This document shows positions 29,287-39,004 of a stretch of 64,000 nucleotides of DNA, piece after piece (within the stretch, counting starts at the first letter, position 1; each line of letters begins with the position of its first letter). A program made the translations under genes and the position numbers. This DNA is from a virus. The notes beneath the pieces are model-generated. The model was not told the DNA's origin. It saw only the letters and a program-made list of their open reading frames with translations, and did no database searches. The stretch lies in IMG/VR virus record IMGVR_UViG_2509601035_000003; one strand, given 5' to 3'.

Positions 29287-29563
29287 TGTACTCAATCGTT
29301 ATCTGTCCGTCCTTCATTTCGACGCGCGACACGGACAATCCGCACGCCTGTAACATGGTCTTTGCATCCGCTTTCCACATCGGATTCGGGGACCCGCCGA
29401 GCATCTTCAATATTTCGGCCCCGATAAGCGGGTGCTCTTTGAACTCCCCGCGCACGGCCCGCAGAACGCACTCGGCCGTTTGGGCCGTCGTGTCGCCGAC
29501 GGCCAGCCGCCCGGCGGTCACCTGCACATCGCCCGTTTCGGGGTCTATCAATATTCCGCGCAT
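29261..29563 (-). CDS. Baseplate gp25/gp46-like protein
   Basis: Start MRGILID; GEFKEHPLIG. Confidence 0.65.
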   Translation of the reverse strand: MRGILIDPETGDVQVTAGRLAVGDTTAQTAECVLRAVRGEFKEHPLIGAEILKMLGGSPNPMWKADAKTMLQACGLSVSRVEMKDGQITIEYNGENSTIG

Positions 29564-29568
29564 CAGTC

Positions 29569-30117
29569 CTAATGTTTCACGCTGTCGTTTTCCAGCTCCG
29601 CAGCGACGGTTTGTGTCAGTTGTCGGCTCGCCCATGCCGTGGCCGCAGTTTTGAGAGCCGCGCCGCCGTCTGTTCCCGCGGGAACCCATGCCGAGAATAC
29701 CGCTTTCAACTCGTTTATGTCGTTCTCTAAAGCGTTGAGCCTTCCGGCGGTCTTTCCCGATATAACCAAACCGCCCAGACGCCCGCCGTTCAGCGTAATG
29801 CCTTCGTCCGTCACCGTCGCCGATGTCCGGCCGATGTCGAGTTGCACCTTGTCGATCTGGTCGCACAGCACGACCACGGCCACGGCCGGGTCGATGAAGG
29901 CCACCACAACGTAACTGCCTGCGGCCGGGAACTGCACAACCCCGACCGAGCCGTCTTGCGACGCTTGCAGGTTCACGCCCACGAGCGGGGCGCTCTCGTC
30001 GATGGGCGTACAGTCCACCGTCCGGGCCTGCTCGTCCACGGCGTCCACCGTGCATATCTTACAGTACAACTCGGCCCCCGACATGGCGAGAACCCGTATA
30101 GCCTCTTTGAGTGTCAT
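29569..30117 (-). CDS. Baseplate spike (gpV-like)
   Basis: OB-fold-like start; FPAAGSYVVV; LNGGRLGGLV. Confidence 0.7.
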   Translation of the reverse strand: MTLKEAIRVLAMSGAELYCKICTVDAVDEQARTVDCTPIDESAPLVGVNLQASQDGSVGVVQFPAAGSYVVVAFIDPAVAVVVLCDQIDKVQLDIGRTSATVTDEGITLNGGRLGGLVISGKTAGRLNALENDINELKAVFSAWVPAGTDGGAALKTAATAWASRQLTQTVAAELENDSVKH

Positions 30118-31073
30118 TCCGCTACCCTTAATCCGATTGTTATCTCCTGCCGGAACCCGCCCGTCCCGTATTTTATCACGTTCTTATCCGTCTGATATAT
30201 GCCCCGGCACACACCGTCGATCTTGATTCCGATGTTGTCGAGCTTGTCGATCAGCACGGCCCCGAAGGTGGTGAAGGACCCGGCCAGCCCGTCGCGTTTC
30301 AGTCGTTTGAGTTCCTGCTCGGCCCATGCCTTCAACTCCTTTTCATCCTTATTGTAGGTGTGCAGCGTGCGGCGCTGGCCGTCGGCATCCCCGACATCGA
30401 CGCGAATCCGTTTGTTATTCGGCCGCAGGGATATTGCCCGTATCTTGATCTTCACGTCGGCGGCGTTCTGCACGTCGAGTTGTGCATCGTCGATCAGGTT
30501 CACCCCGGTTGCAAACACCTGCTTACACTTCGTGTCCCGCTCGAACAGCACCCCGCAATACAACACGGGTTCACCGTCCTCGATGCGAAAGAACGACCGG
30601 ATGCCGCCCTGATCTTTCAACTGTCCGAGCAACTCGGTGACGGTGTTCGCCGTGACGCGGAACTGGCCGATGTGCTGTTCGCCGAACACCTTATACTTCA
30701 CGCCGAGATTCTGATCGCGCAAAACCTGCTCGATGGTGGCCGTTTTGTAGGCGATCTTCTTCGCATCCCGCGATTTGAACAGAAACATGTAATCCTCGCA
30801 ATGTATCTCGGTGGGATTTTTCAGCCCTATCGTCGTGATAAAACCCCGGAAAGCGAATTGCAGCTCGCCGTCATACCCCAGCCACACCGATACCTCGTCG
30901 CCCCGCTTGATGGGCATGGAATTCTCGCCCAGCCAGCGGACTTTTTTCGGCAGCGTCACGACGCACGTATCGGTGAGCGTGTCGATGTCGCGGGTGATCT
31001 CCACCCCGGCGACCTTGTCGAACCGCCACGTCTTCGCACTTTTGATCTCAATTTTCGCAGTCAGCCGAAACAT
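30114..31073 (-). CDS. Baseplate hub (gpD/gp44-like)
   Basis: TDTCVVTLP, WLGYDG...FRGFI and GGFRQEITIG. Confidence 0.75.
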   Translation of the reverse strand: MFRLTAKIEIKSAKTWRFDKVAGVEITRDIDTLTDTCVVTLPKKVRWLGENSMPIKRGDEVSVWLGYDGELQFAFRGFITTIGLKNPTEIHCEDYMFLFKSRDAKKIAYKTATIEQVLRDQNLGVKYKVFGEQHIGQFRVTANTVTELLGQLKDQGGIRSFFRIEDGEPVLYCGVLFERDTKCKQVFATGVNLIDDAQLDVQNAADVKIKIRAISLRPNNKRIRVDVGDADGQRRTLHTYNKDEKELKAWAEQELKRLKRDGLAGSFTTFGAVLIDKLDNIGIKIDGVCRGIYQTDKNVIKYGTGGFRQEITIGLRVAE

Positions 31074-31098
31074 TGTTTAAAGGCCCTTTAAACGGTGT

Positions 31099-31716
31099 TT
31101 AATAGTCGGTGTTTTTGATTACGTAGTCCTCGTCGGACAACGCCTTCACGTCGATAGTCTGACGGTTCGAGTGCGTGTCTTGGTTCAGCGCGAATCGCGT
31201 CACCACGATACGGCTGATGTCGAACAGCTCGAAGAACACACTCGACACTTCGATGGCCTTGTTCTCGTCGAGGAACTCTCGGACTTCACGGATGCCCTCC
31301 TCCGGGTATTCGTCCACGATCACGCCGTCGCGCACGGCCACAATCCCCACCGTTATACTGATGTCATAGTCGCCGTTGGAGATGTACTCCTTGATCGTAC
31401 CACTCAGCCCGACGAGCGTCGTGCGGACCATGTGCTTCTCGCGTGAGATATTCACGACTGCGTCGTTCACAACGAGCGTGCGGCCATCCTCGCGGCGCAG
31501 CGTCAGTTCGGTAAGCACGTAACGGCTCTCCCAATAGCTGCGGTCGGTGATCGGCACAGACAGGTCGTGCCCCGCGATGTCTCCGCCGTGGCCTTCCCAT
31601 GACGGGGCTTTGGCGTTTTGCTGCGAGGGTTGAAAGCGGCAGAGGGCAAAGCGTGCCTGCTGTGCGACGCCCGCGGCCACAAACCCGAAACTTATCACTC
31701 CTAAATTCCCCATCAC
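31099..31716 (-). CDS. Tail-tube initiator (DUF6046-like)
   Basis: Follows the tape measure gene; GTIKEYIS...DYDISI. Confidence 0.65.
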   Translation of the reverse strand: MMGNLGVISFGFVAAGVAQQARFALCRFQPSQQNAKAPSWEGHGGDIAGHDLSVPITDRSYWESRYVLTELTLRREDGRTLVVNDAVVNISREKHMVRTTLVGLSGTIKEYISNGDYDISITVGIVAVRDGVIVDEYPEEGIREVREFLDENKAIEVSSVFFELFDISRIVVTRFALNQDTHSNRQTIDVKALSDEDYVIKNTDY

Positions 31717-33845
31717 ATTGCAAGGTTTACGTCGTTCACCGCGCTTAAAACGGCCTCGGCGACCAATTCCTTCACCCGGCTCATATCTTCGCGCATATTG
31801 GTCGTGTTTACCTCGAAGCGGTCGATCAGCCTCTCGATATTCACGGTGATGTTACGGACCTTGTCGGCCTTTGCGCTTGTGGTCCCGATGCTTTGCAGTC
31901 CTCCGGCCAGCGGGTCGGGGTTGGGGGTCGGGGTTGGGTTCGTAGTTTCGACACCTGACGAGGCTTGCTCTTTGGCTGCGGCGTCCGCTTTCGACTTGGC
32001 GATCTCCGCGTCGTAAGCCTTCGTGAAGGCTCCGCCGACCTCGGCCCCGAAGTCCGAGAACCCGCCCTTCATTTTCTGAATGGCGGCCCGGATGCCCTTG
32101 CCGTCGAACTTGAACGCTGCGACGATCAGGTCGCCCAAACCGCCGAACACGGTTTTTGCCATGTTCCAAATACCCGTAAACACGGCTTTGAACGAGGCCC
32201 AAAGCCCTTTCAACGTGGCCCGGAACTTTACGGACGTATTCCAGAAGTAGACGCCCACGGCAACCAGCGCAGCGATGGCGGCCGCAATCCATCCGATGAT
32301 CGGGATGTTCATAATAGCGACACCCACGGCCCGGCACGCAGTCACGGCCGCCGTCTTGAACGCCGCGAAGCCCGCCGAGGCGATACCCGCGAACGTGACG
32401 GACGCGGCACCGCCCGTCACCAGCGAGAGAACATAGGCCCCTATCGCTTTGATGCCGGACCATATCCCGACTGTTGCAAAGCGCAGCGTGGCGACGGTCG
32501 CCTGCATGATGTTGCGCATGAATCCCAGCGCTTGCACCTTACCGATGCTCAAATAGCCGTTATACATTTGCAGCGACAAGATGGCCCGGCCCATCACGCC
32601 GATCACCCCGTGCCACATCCCGGCGAAATTCAAAGAACGGATGAAGACGATGCCTTTTCCGATGCCCAGCAACAGCGGTGTCATCTGCGCCAGCGGCACA
32701 AGCGAACCTACCACGACCTCGACCCAAATCCCCCAGTCGCCCGATGCGTTGAACAGCGAGATTTTCAGATCGTCGAACTTGGCCCGCACGCGGGAGAGTC
32801 GTTCGTTGTAGCTTCCCATGATGATCCCCGCCTGCTCGACGGCCGTGTTCGTGCCGGTGATCACCGACTCGTAACGGGTCACTTCGTCGATGCCCTGCAC
32901 GAGGGCCATTGCCGCGTTGCTGTTTTCCCGGCCGAACAACTTCGTGAACAGCGCCGTGTCGTTGAGTACCTTTTTCAGCGGGGTTAGACGGTCCGTGAGG
33001 GACTTCGATTTGTCGGTGAGCGCGTTGATGTTCACGCCCGCCGCCGTCAGTTCCTCCTTCACGTCTTTGGGCAGGAAGCGCCCGGTCGAAAGTATCGCCA
33101 TGACGTTACGCAGCGCGACACCGCCTTCGGCTCCTTTCTTACCCGCCTTGTCGAGAACCTGAATAGCCGCGTTCGTCTCCTCGAACGACACGCCCGCCGC
33201 CTTGGCCGCCATACCGCATTGCTCCAGCGCGACCTTGATCGTCGGCAACTCGGCGGACCCCGCCTGTCCGGCGGCGGCCATGACGTTCATCATCTTCGCC
33301 ATCTGACGGCTCGCCTCCATCGGGTCGGCCAGCGACACCCCATATTGGTTCATGGCCGTCGTCAGCACCTCGGCCGCAGCCGTGGCGTTGCCGCCCATCG
33401 TCTTGCTCAGAACGGCGATATTGTCGCCCATCGCTTTGAGCGCCGAGGGGTACTTCGCCAGTTCGGGCGAGAGCTGCGACAGCAGGAGTTTGTACGACTC
33501 GACGGATTGTGCCGCCGAGCCGCCGAACGCCTTCGCCGTATCGCGGGCGTAGCCTTCAATCGTCCGCAGGCTTTCGCCCGTTTCGCCCGATATGGCCGAG
33601 AGGTCGGCCAGCGAAGCGTTGAGCGCAGCACCCGGCTGCAGGGTTTCCTGCATCGTGCGGCCCACGCCCTCGATGTACTGCGTGAACTGATTTAGTGCGA
33701 GCAGCTTGCCCTCGAAGCTATCCCACAGCCCGACGGACTTGTGGATTTTGTCGTTCAGGTCCTTCACGCCCTGCGTGATGCCCTGCACGACAACATCGCA
33801 GTTGCCCGTGATATTGAAGGAATAGTTAAATGCGTAGCTGCTCAT
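31713..33845 (-). CDS. Tape measure protein
   Basis: 710 aa, Ala/Gly-rich; GVSFEETNAAIQVL...GAEGGVALRN. Confidence 0.9.
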   Translation of the reverse strand: MSSYAFNYSFNITGNCDVVVQGITQGVKDLNDKIHKSVGLWDSFEGKLLALNQFTQYIEGVGRTMQETLQPGAALNASLADLSAISGETGESLRTIEGYARDTAKAFGGSAAQSVESYKLLLSQLSPELAKYPSALKAMGDNIAVLSKTMGGNATAAAEVLTTAMNQYGVSLADPMEASRQMAKMMNVMAAAGQAGSAELPTIKVALEQCGMAAKAAGVSFEETNAAIQVLDKAGKKGAEGGVALRNVMAILSTGRFLPKDVKEELTAAGVNINALTDKSKSLTDRLTPLKKVLNDTALFTKLFGRENSNAAMALVQGIDEVTRYESVITGTNTAVEQAGIIMGSYNERLSRVRAKFDDLKISLFNASGDWGIWVEVVVGSLVPLAQMTPLLLGIGKGIVFIRSLNFAGMWHGVIGVMGRAILSLQMYNGYLSIGKVQALGFMRNIMQATVATLRFATVGIWSGIKAIGAYVLSLVTGGAASVTFAGIASAGFAAFKTAAVTACRAVGVAIMNIPIIGWIAAAIAALVAVGVYFWNTSVKFRATLKGLWASFKAVFTGIWNMAKTVFGGLGDLIVAAFKFDGKGIRAAIQKMKGGFSDFGAEVGGAFTKAYDAEIAKSKADAAAKEQASSGVETTNPTPTPNPDPLAGGLQSIGTTSAKADKVRNITVNIERLIDRFEVNTTNMREDMSRVKELVAEAVLSAVNDVNLAM

Positions 33846-33848
33846 TCA

Positions 33849-34441
33849 CTACTTTTTTGGTTCTTCCGCAAAAAGTTTCTCTAACAGTTTTCCGAGCGCG
33901 AGGAGGCGCGTTCGTTCCAGCCATACAGCCTGTTCATACAGTCCCGCCCACTCGTCATAGGTCAGCGTGCCGGGGTCGATGTGAAAGTTCGCCCGGATCA
34001 GGGCGCACCCCTTCGTAATCGTCTGCTCGTCCTCGATGTCCGAAAGGGTGTGCGCCCCTACAAGTTTTTTATTTCCGTGTGGCAGGTGGCGAACAAACTG
34101 CCCAGCGCACCGAGGGCCGACGTTTTGAGAATCGCATCGCTCTGAACGAGCGGGCTGCCGCCGAGCCAGCAGTTCTTAAACATCGTGTCCGCACCTTTCA
34201 GTTCGTCCTGCTTGCTCACGGCGTTAACGGCCGACATTACATCCATCGTTGGACGACGGAAATAAGCGACATGGTGTTCCTCGGCCATGTCGTCAAAAAC
34301 ATCTACCGTAACGACGCGGCCGTTGGCCTGTTTCCACGACTGGCGCATTTCGTCCGTGACACCGCCGTCGAGGACGGGATACTTGGCACGTTTGGCAGCC
34401 AGTTCCTTGGCTTTCTGTTCCTGTTCCTGTTTATTTTCCAT
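33849..34441 (-). CDS. Tail assembly chaperone G (34058-34441) and GT via -1 frameshift
   Basis: A AAA AAC at 34064-34070 before TTG TAG; the -1 frame is open to 33849 (…ANFHIDP...DEWAGLYEQAVWL…). Confidence 0.85.
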
Positions 34442-34459
34442 AGTTGATTGATGATTGGG

Positions 34460-34903
34460 TTATACCTTCGGCTGGCCCCACTCGATGTGCGAGGGGATCA
34501 GCGGAAGCTCGACCTGCTGGTTCAGATCGCCTTCCTTCCAGTCTACCTTGTTCTCGTCGAACTGGCAGTTTCGAATCTTGTCGGTCGTGATGATACCGCT
34601 TTCGGGCAGGTAGGAGACCGTAATGTCGAAGGGGGCGATGTCCTGCAGGCGGCCGTTCGGGGCCTGCCGCTGCAAAGCCACGATCTCGCTTTTGTAGAGG
34701 GTAATCGACGCCGACGGTGTGATGCGTCCCTTCGAACGGGACACGGGATGCCGTCCGGCTCCGTAGTTGTTCTGCACATCCTGCTTGTCACCGTATTTGA
34801 TTGCGGTGATCCCGACGAACGGCACGCCGTTCGCTGCGGCGACGATGTCGCCCCAAGCAGGTTCCACTCCGTTAATCAGCGGCACTCCGTTTCTGATGTT
34901 CAT
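34460..34903 (-). CDS. Tail tube protein
   Basis: INGVEPAWGDI, GITAIKY, YGAGRHP and FDITVSY. Confidence 0.8.
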   Translation of the reverse strand: MNIRNGVPLINGVEPAWGDIVAAANGVPFVGITAIKYGDKQDVQNNYGAGRHPVSRSKGRITPSASITLYKSEIVALQRQAPNGRLQDIAPFDITVSYLPESGIITTDKIRNCQFDENKVDWKEGDLNQQVELPLIPSHIEWGQPKV

Positions 34904-34921
34904 TCTGTGTTGGATTTGAGG

Positions 34922-36088
34922 TTAGACACTCTCGGCAAAGCCGATTTTCACCTTGAAGCGACGCACGACACCGACGCCGACAGGCCGGATTACGAACTCG
35001 ATTTCGGACGTAGAAAGCACGTTCTGATCGGGGTCGATTTCGACCACGTAGCCGCTCAGCTCGCCCGCCTTCTCCATATCTTCAAGGGCCTTCTGGGCCG
35101 TGGTCTGCAAGAACTCCACGCTGTGAGTCTGCAACTGCCCCGTAGTCTTGTCGATGTAGACATTGCCGCCGAGCTTCGGCAGCAGGTAGGTGCGGATGCC
35201 GCGCACGGCCTTGTCCATCGTGCGGACGTTCTCGATGTAGGCGTAGTCGCTCGTCGGGGCGTCCATCGTGTGCGAGTCGTTCATGTACGACCCGGACAGT
35301 CCGGAGTAGGTCACGAAGAACAGGTAACGCGATTTGTCGAGCGCCTCGACGACGGCGCGGTCCAGCGTTTTCAGCAGCGTGCCGTCACCGAAGGCCGGGA
35401 CATCGACGCCCGTCGGGAATTTCTCGATCCACGCGATAGACTCGTGAACAGCGGCCAGCGACACGATGCCGAGGACCACGCCAAGACCCGAAACGGAGGC
35501 TTTCTCCGTGTTTTCTGCATCGACATATAACGCTGCGCCCGTTGAACTTCCGGCTTGCCCGATCACCGTCCATACGCGCTCCTTGTCACCCGCGAGATTG
35601 CTCGGCAGCGATGCCACGGCCGAGACCTTCGGAGCGTAGATGATGCCCAGCGGCATATCCTGCTCTTCGAGCGTCGCAGCGACCCCTTGCAGGGCCGTGA
35701 GGTTGTCGGCCGCGAGGGGTGTGCGTCCGTCCCATACGCCGAGCTGCCGGAGTCGGCCGTCGGCGAAGTTCTGCATCTTCTTGACCTCGGCATAGGTGTT
35801 GGCTCCTTCGGGGTTGGTGAAAATGCCGACGTACAGGCTGATGCCCGGATTGACGCGGAAGATTTCGGAAAGCTGGTAGTGCAGGACCCGGATGTCCCAG
35901 TTGTCAGCGTCCGCCGTGATACCCAACGCCTCGGCCGTTTCGATGGTCGAAACGGCTTTGATGCGCTCGCTCTCGGAGAAGCCCGAAGGCAGCGCGGCCG
36001 AATAGATCACCAGTCCGGAGATATGATCTTCTCCTGCCAGTTTCTTGGGGATGTTCCCGTTGGTGCGGATGAATTTCAAAGACTGCAT
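34922..36088 (-). CDS. Tail sheath protein (DUF2586-like)
   Basis: Start MQSLKF; SDYAYIENVRTMDKA; IDPDQNVL. Confidence 0.8.
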   Translation of the reverse strand: MQSLKFIRTNGNIPKKLAGEDHISGLVIYSAALPSGFSESERIKAVSTIETAEALGITADADNWDIRVLHYQLSEIFRVNPGISLYVGIFTNPEGANTYAEVKKMQNFADGRLRQLGVWDGRTPLAADNLTALQGVAATLEEQDMPLGIIYAPKVSAVASLPSNLAGDKERVWTVIGQAGSSTGAALYVDAENTEKASVSGLGVVLGIVSLAAVHESIAWIEKFPTGVDVPAFGDGTLLKTLDRAVVEALDKSRYLFFVTYSGLSGSYMNDSHTMDAPTSDYAYIENVRTMDKAVRGIRTYLLPKLGGNVYIDKTTGQLQTHSVEFLQTTAQKALEDMEKAGELSGYVVEIDPDQNVLSTSEIEFVIRPVGVGVVRRFKVKIGFAESV

Positions 36089-36558
36089 TAGGCTTTGTAG
36101 TTTTCGTTGGTAACTGCGACGACGAGCTTGTCGTCGAGGGTGTGGCCGTGGTTGTCGGCGTCGCACTTCACGAAGAAGGGCGTGCCGTCCGAGGTCACAT
36201 AGACCGTCTGTTTGTCGGGGTGGCTCCGGAACACCTGCTTTGCCACGGCCTGCGCTGCGGTGTCGCGGATGGTCTTCTTTGCGGCAGACGCCTTGCCCGA
36301 ACTGCGTGCGGCACTCTTTGCCGGAGCTTCTTTCTCGGACCGGGCCGACGGTTCGGCCGGAACCTGCTCGGAGGCGGGGGCTGTGTCGGGCTGCTCAGTC
36401 GAAGCGGAAGCCAGTTCTGGAGCCTCGCTGCCGTCCGGTTCCGGGTCGGCCTGCGGCTGATCGGGTACGATGTCCGCAGGCTGTTCGGCCGGGACCTGTT
36501 CGGGGTTCTGTTTCGCTGCGGCCTTGCGGGACGCGGCTTTCGTATTCTTGTTTGCCAT
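36088..36558 (-). CDS. Hypothetical low-complexity protein
   Basis: Pro/Ala/Glu-rich; C-terminal VTSDGTPFF; TAATG coupling to the sheath gene. Confidence 0.65.
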   Translation of the reverse strand: MANKNTKAASRKAAAKQNPEQVPAEQPADIVPDQPQADPEPDGSEAPELASASTEQPDTAPASEQVPAEPSARSEKEAPAKSAARSSGKASAAKKTIRDTAAQAVAKQVFRSHPDKQTVYVTSDGTPFFVKCDADNHGHTLDDKLVVAVTNENYKA

Positions 36559-36568
36559 TGTGGATGGG

Positions 36569-37171
36569 TTACTTGTTCTTGAAAAAGCGGTAAAAAATGT
36601 ATATCAGCGACAGCAGGCCCACGAAACAAAGGGCCTTTTGCCACCATGTAAGACCGCGGCGGCTCTTGGTCGTGGTCGCGGTGTCGGTCGCCGTCTGCTG
36701 GTCCGACTCCCTGCGGAGTTGTAGCTGGTCCTGTTCCTGCGTCATGCTCCCGGTCGCCGTGCGGGTGTCGCGTGCCTGCGTCTGCCGCAGGCGGCTCGAA
36801 TCCTGCACCGAGTCGGAGCGGAGGCGTCGCTGGGTCGTTTCCCGCAGCAGGGGCGGCTTGCCGGTCAGCGTGTCGGCCGGGCGGCTTGTGTCGTACTCCC
36901 GTGTGACGGTTTCGACATCCTCGACCGTGGTCCGGTTGCGGGTCCGCTCGATGGCGAGCTGCTCGCGCAGGGCCTCGCACAACTCCCGAAAGAAGATGCT
37001 GTCTCGCGTGATCTCCCGATCGGCGGCGAACTGCTCATGCGTGTTATTTGTCCGCTGTTCCTGCGTCTTGGCAAGCCGTTTCTGCGGACTGCAATTCGAG
37101 AATAACAGGACACTCAGCAGCGTGAGGGCAGGTAGATACCTTGCCGATAGCCTTTTCCAGTCGTGAAACAT
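36569..37171 (-). CDS. Spanin-like lipoprotein (lipobox + C-terminal TM helix); start uncertain
   Basis: LLFSNC lipobox and C-terminal WWQKALCFVGLLSLIYIF; in the lysis cassette. Confidence 0.6.
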   Translation of the reverse strand: MFHDWKRLSARYLPALTLLSVLLFSNCSPQKRLAKTQEQRTNNTHEQFAADREITRDSIFFRELCEALREQLAIERTRNRTTVEDVETVTREYDTSRPADTLTGKPPLLRETTQRRLRSDSVQDSSRLRQTQARDTRTATGSMTQEQDQLQLRRESDQQTATDTATTTKSRRGLTWWQKALCFVGLLSLIYIFYRFFKNK

Positions 37172-37412
37172 TCGTGTTGAGTCGTTTTACTTGGCCTTCG
37201 AGCGGTCGCACGATATTCTGCATGATGATCTCGTTCCCCAGCCGGGCGTTTTCCAGTTCCTTGCGGTTGGCGTCGGCCTTCGCCGAGGCAACCTCCGCCC
37301 GCAGCTTCGCAATTTCGGTGTCGTACTTCTGCCGGGTAAGCCGGGACGAGAGCCACGCAGCCACAGGGGTCGCGGCTATGCCGATAAGGGCGAGGATTAT
37401 TTCTGCGGGCAT
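37044..37412 (-). CDS. Holin-like membrane protein
   Basis: N-terminal TM helix plus coiled coil; follows the endolysin. Confidence 0.6.
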   Translation of the reverse strand: MPAEIILALIGIAATPVAAWLSSRLTRQKYDTEIAKLRAEVASAKADANRKELENARLGNEIIMQNIVRPLEGQVKRLNTNVSRLEKAIGKVSTCPHAAECPVILELQSAETACQDAGTADK

Positions 37413-37879
37413 TCGATTCCAATAGATTTAAGCCATGCCGCAACGTCGAACGACGGGCAGGCTTTACGGACGCCCGGCAGGTCGCGGTGGCCGACGATTT
37501 TCACATTCGGGTGTTTCTCGTGGAAGTAGATAACGTAGCATTCGAGCGCCTTCCTCTGCGCGTGTGTTCGGGTGTCCTTCGGCGTCTTGCCGTCGGCGGC
37601 ACAGCCGCCAGCGTAAACAATATGCCGCGCCACACCGTTGTAACCAGCCGCGCCGTTTGTTATTTCCCACGGGTCCACGAATGCGTCCTCGTTGTTCCCG
37701 ACCAACCGCTCCACCGTGCCGTCCAAGTGGAAAAGGTCTGTATATCCGACCTGACGCCAGCCCCGGCCGCCCTCTGACACGGGGGCCGTGTGCCACCGCC
37801 GAATATCGGCGGCGGACACTTCCCGGCCTTCGGGGGTTGCGGTACAATGAATGACCAGATATTGCAGAGCCTTTTTCAT
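37397..37879 (-). CDS. N-acetylmuramoyl-L-alanine amidase (endolysin)
   Basis: LVIHCTATPEG, GHRDL and KACPSFDV. Confidence 0.92.
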   Translation of the reverse strand: MKKALQYLVIHCTATPEGREVSAADIRRWHTAPVSEGGRGWRQVGYTDLFHLDGTVERLVGNNEDAFVDPWEITNGAAGYNGVARHIVYAGGCAADGKTPKDTRTHAQRKALECYVIYFHEKHPNVKIVGHRDLPGVRKACPSFDVAAWLKSIGIECPQK

Positions 37880-37883
37880 TGTA

Positions 37884-38975
37884 TTATGCCGCAGGGGTTT
37901 CCGATGCTGCTTTTGCGCTCACGATGGCGCCGAAGCCCTCGTTACGCAGCGGCAGACAGATCGTGTACGTGCGCATCGAGAAGATGTTCTGCTGGTTCTC
38001 CGGGTCGAGATCGGCGGGGCGCAGGTAGGACTTCGTCGAGCCGTCGGCACGCATCGCCCGCTTGGTCGTGAAAGCTACCGAACACTGACGGTCGTTGTCG
38101 CCGATAACCGCGCCGAACGCCTTCTTTTTGAGCGTCGTGGTGTCGTAGTAGGGACACTCGTCGTACTCGTACACATCGAAGCCGTACATCTTGGCGATCT
38201 TGCCCGTGGTGTAGTCGTACATCTGTTTCTCGAAGCGCTGGTCCGTCTCCAGCAGGTCGGCGACATGGTCGGCACACAGTACGAGGATGCGGCCTTCTTT
38301 GGGGATTCGCAGTTTGTCGAACTTGTTTTTCAGCGACACGATGTCCGCGCGGATCAGTTTTTTACGACCGTCGGGTGTTACGTCACCCGTGGTTGTGATA
38401 ACCGGGGTCTTGGCCGTGTTCTCCGCGGGAGCCAGCGAATGGATGGCCCGCGAGTACTTCTTCTCGAAGAACATGTCCTTGTGTTTCTCGATCACGAGGG
38501 CCATCTTGTCGTAACCGATGGCATGCAGTTCATCGTCGGTAATAGGAGTCGGGCGCGACTGGAATTTATCGAGCTGCACGGACTTGTCACCGTCGGGGAG
38601 TTCCTGTACGGTCAGCGGGTAGGTCGTATTGTTTACCAAAATTTCAGGGTCCGCACCGACATCGACGAAGTGGATGGCGTCGGCTTTCACATACGAGTCG
38701 TAGGCGCGAATGGCATTGTACCAGCCGATGCTTTCCGCGGCTGTCCGGAAGGCTTTGATAAGTTCGCCCGTCCATGCTTCGGGATAGATACCCGCGGCCA
38801 GCACGCCCGAAGGCATGAAGCCGCCGCACAGCGCAGAGGCCGCCGACATGCCGTTCACGGCCGCGATGCCCGCAATGGGGTTAAAGTCGAATACGCAGGC
38901 AATGGTGGCTCCGACTGCGGAATTGACACCGAGCGCTGCGAGCATGCCCAAAAGGGCAAGAAGGAATTTTCTCAT
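37884..38975 (-). CDS. Major capsid protein with a hydrophobic N-terminal extension
   Basis: Follows the protease; IHFVDVGADP, LDKFQS and GRILVLC…MYGFDVYEY. Confidence 0.75.
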   Translation of the reverse strand: MRKFLLALLGMLAALGVNSAVGATIACVFDFNPIAGIAAVNGMSAASALCGGFMPSGVLAAGIYPEAWTGELIKAFRTAAESIGWYNAIRAYDSYVKADAIHFVDVGADPEILVNNTTYPLTVQELPDGDKSVQLDKFQSRPTPITDDELHAIGYDKMALVIEKHKDMFFEKKYSRAIHSLAPAENTAKTPVITTTGDVTPDGRKKLIRADIVSLKNKFDKLRIPKEGRILVLCADHVADLLETDQRFEKQMYDYTTGKIAKMYGFDVYEYDECPYYDTTTLKKKAFGAVIGDNDRQCSVAFTTKRAMRADGSTKSYLRPADLDPENQQNIFSMRTYTICLPLRNEGFGAIVSAKAASETPAA

Positions 38976-39004
38976 TCAGAAAAAGGGAATGTTTAGAGGT
39001 GAAT

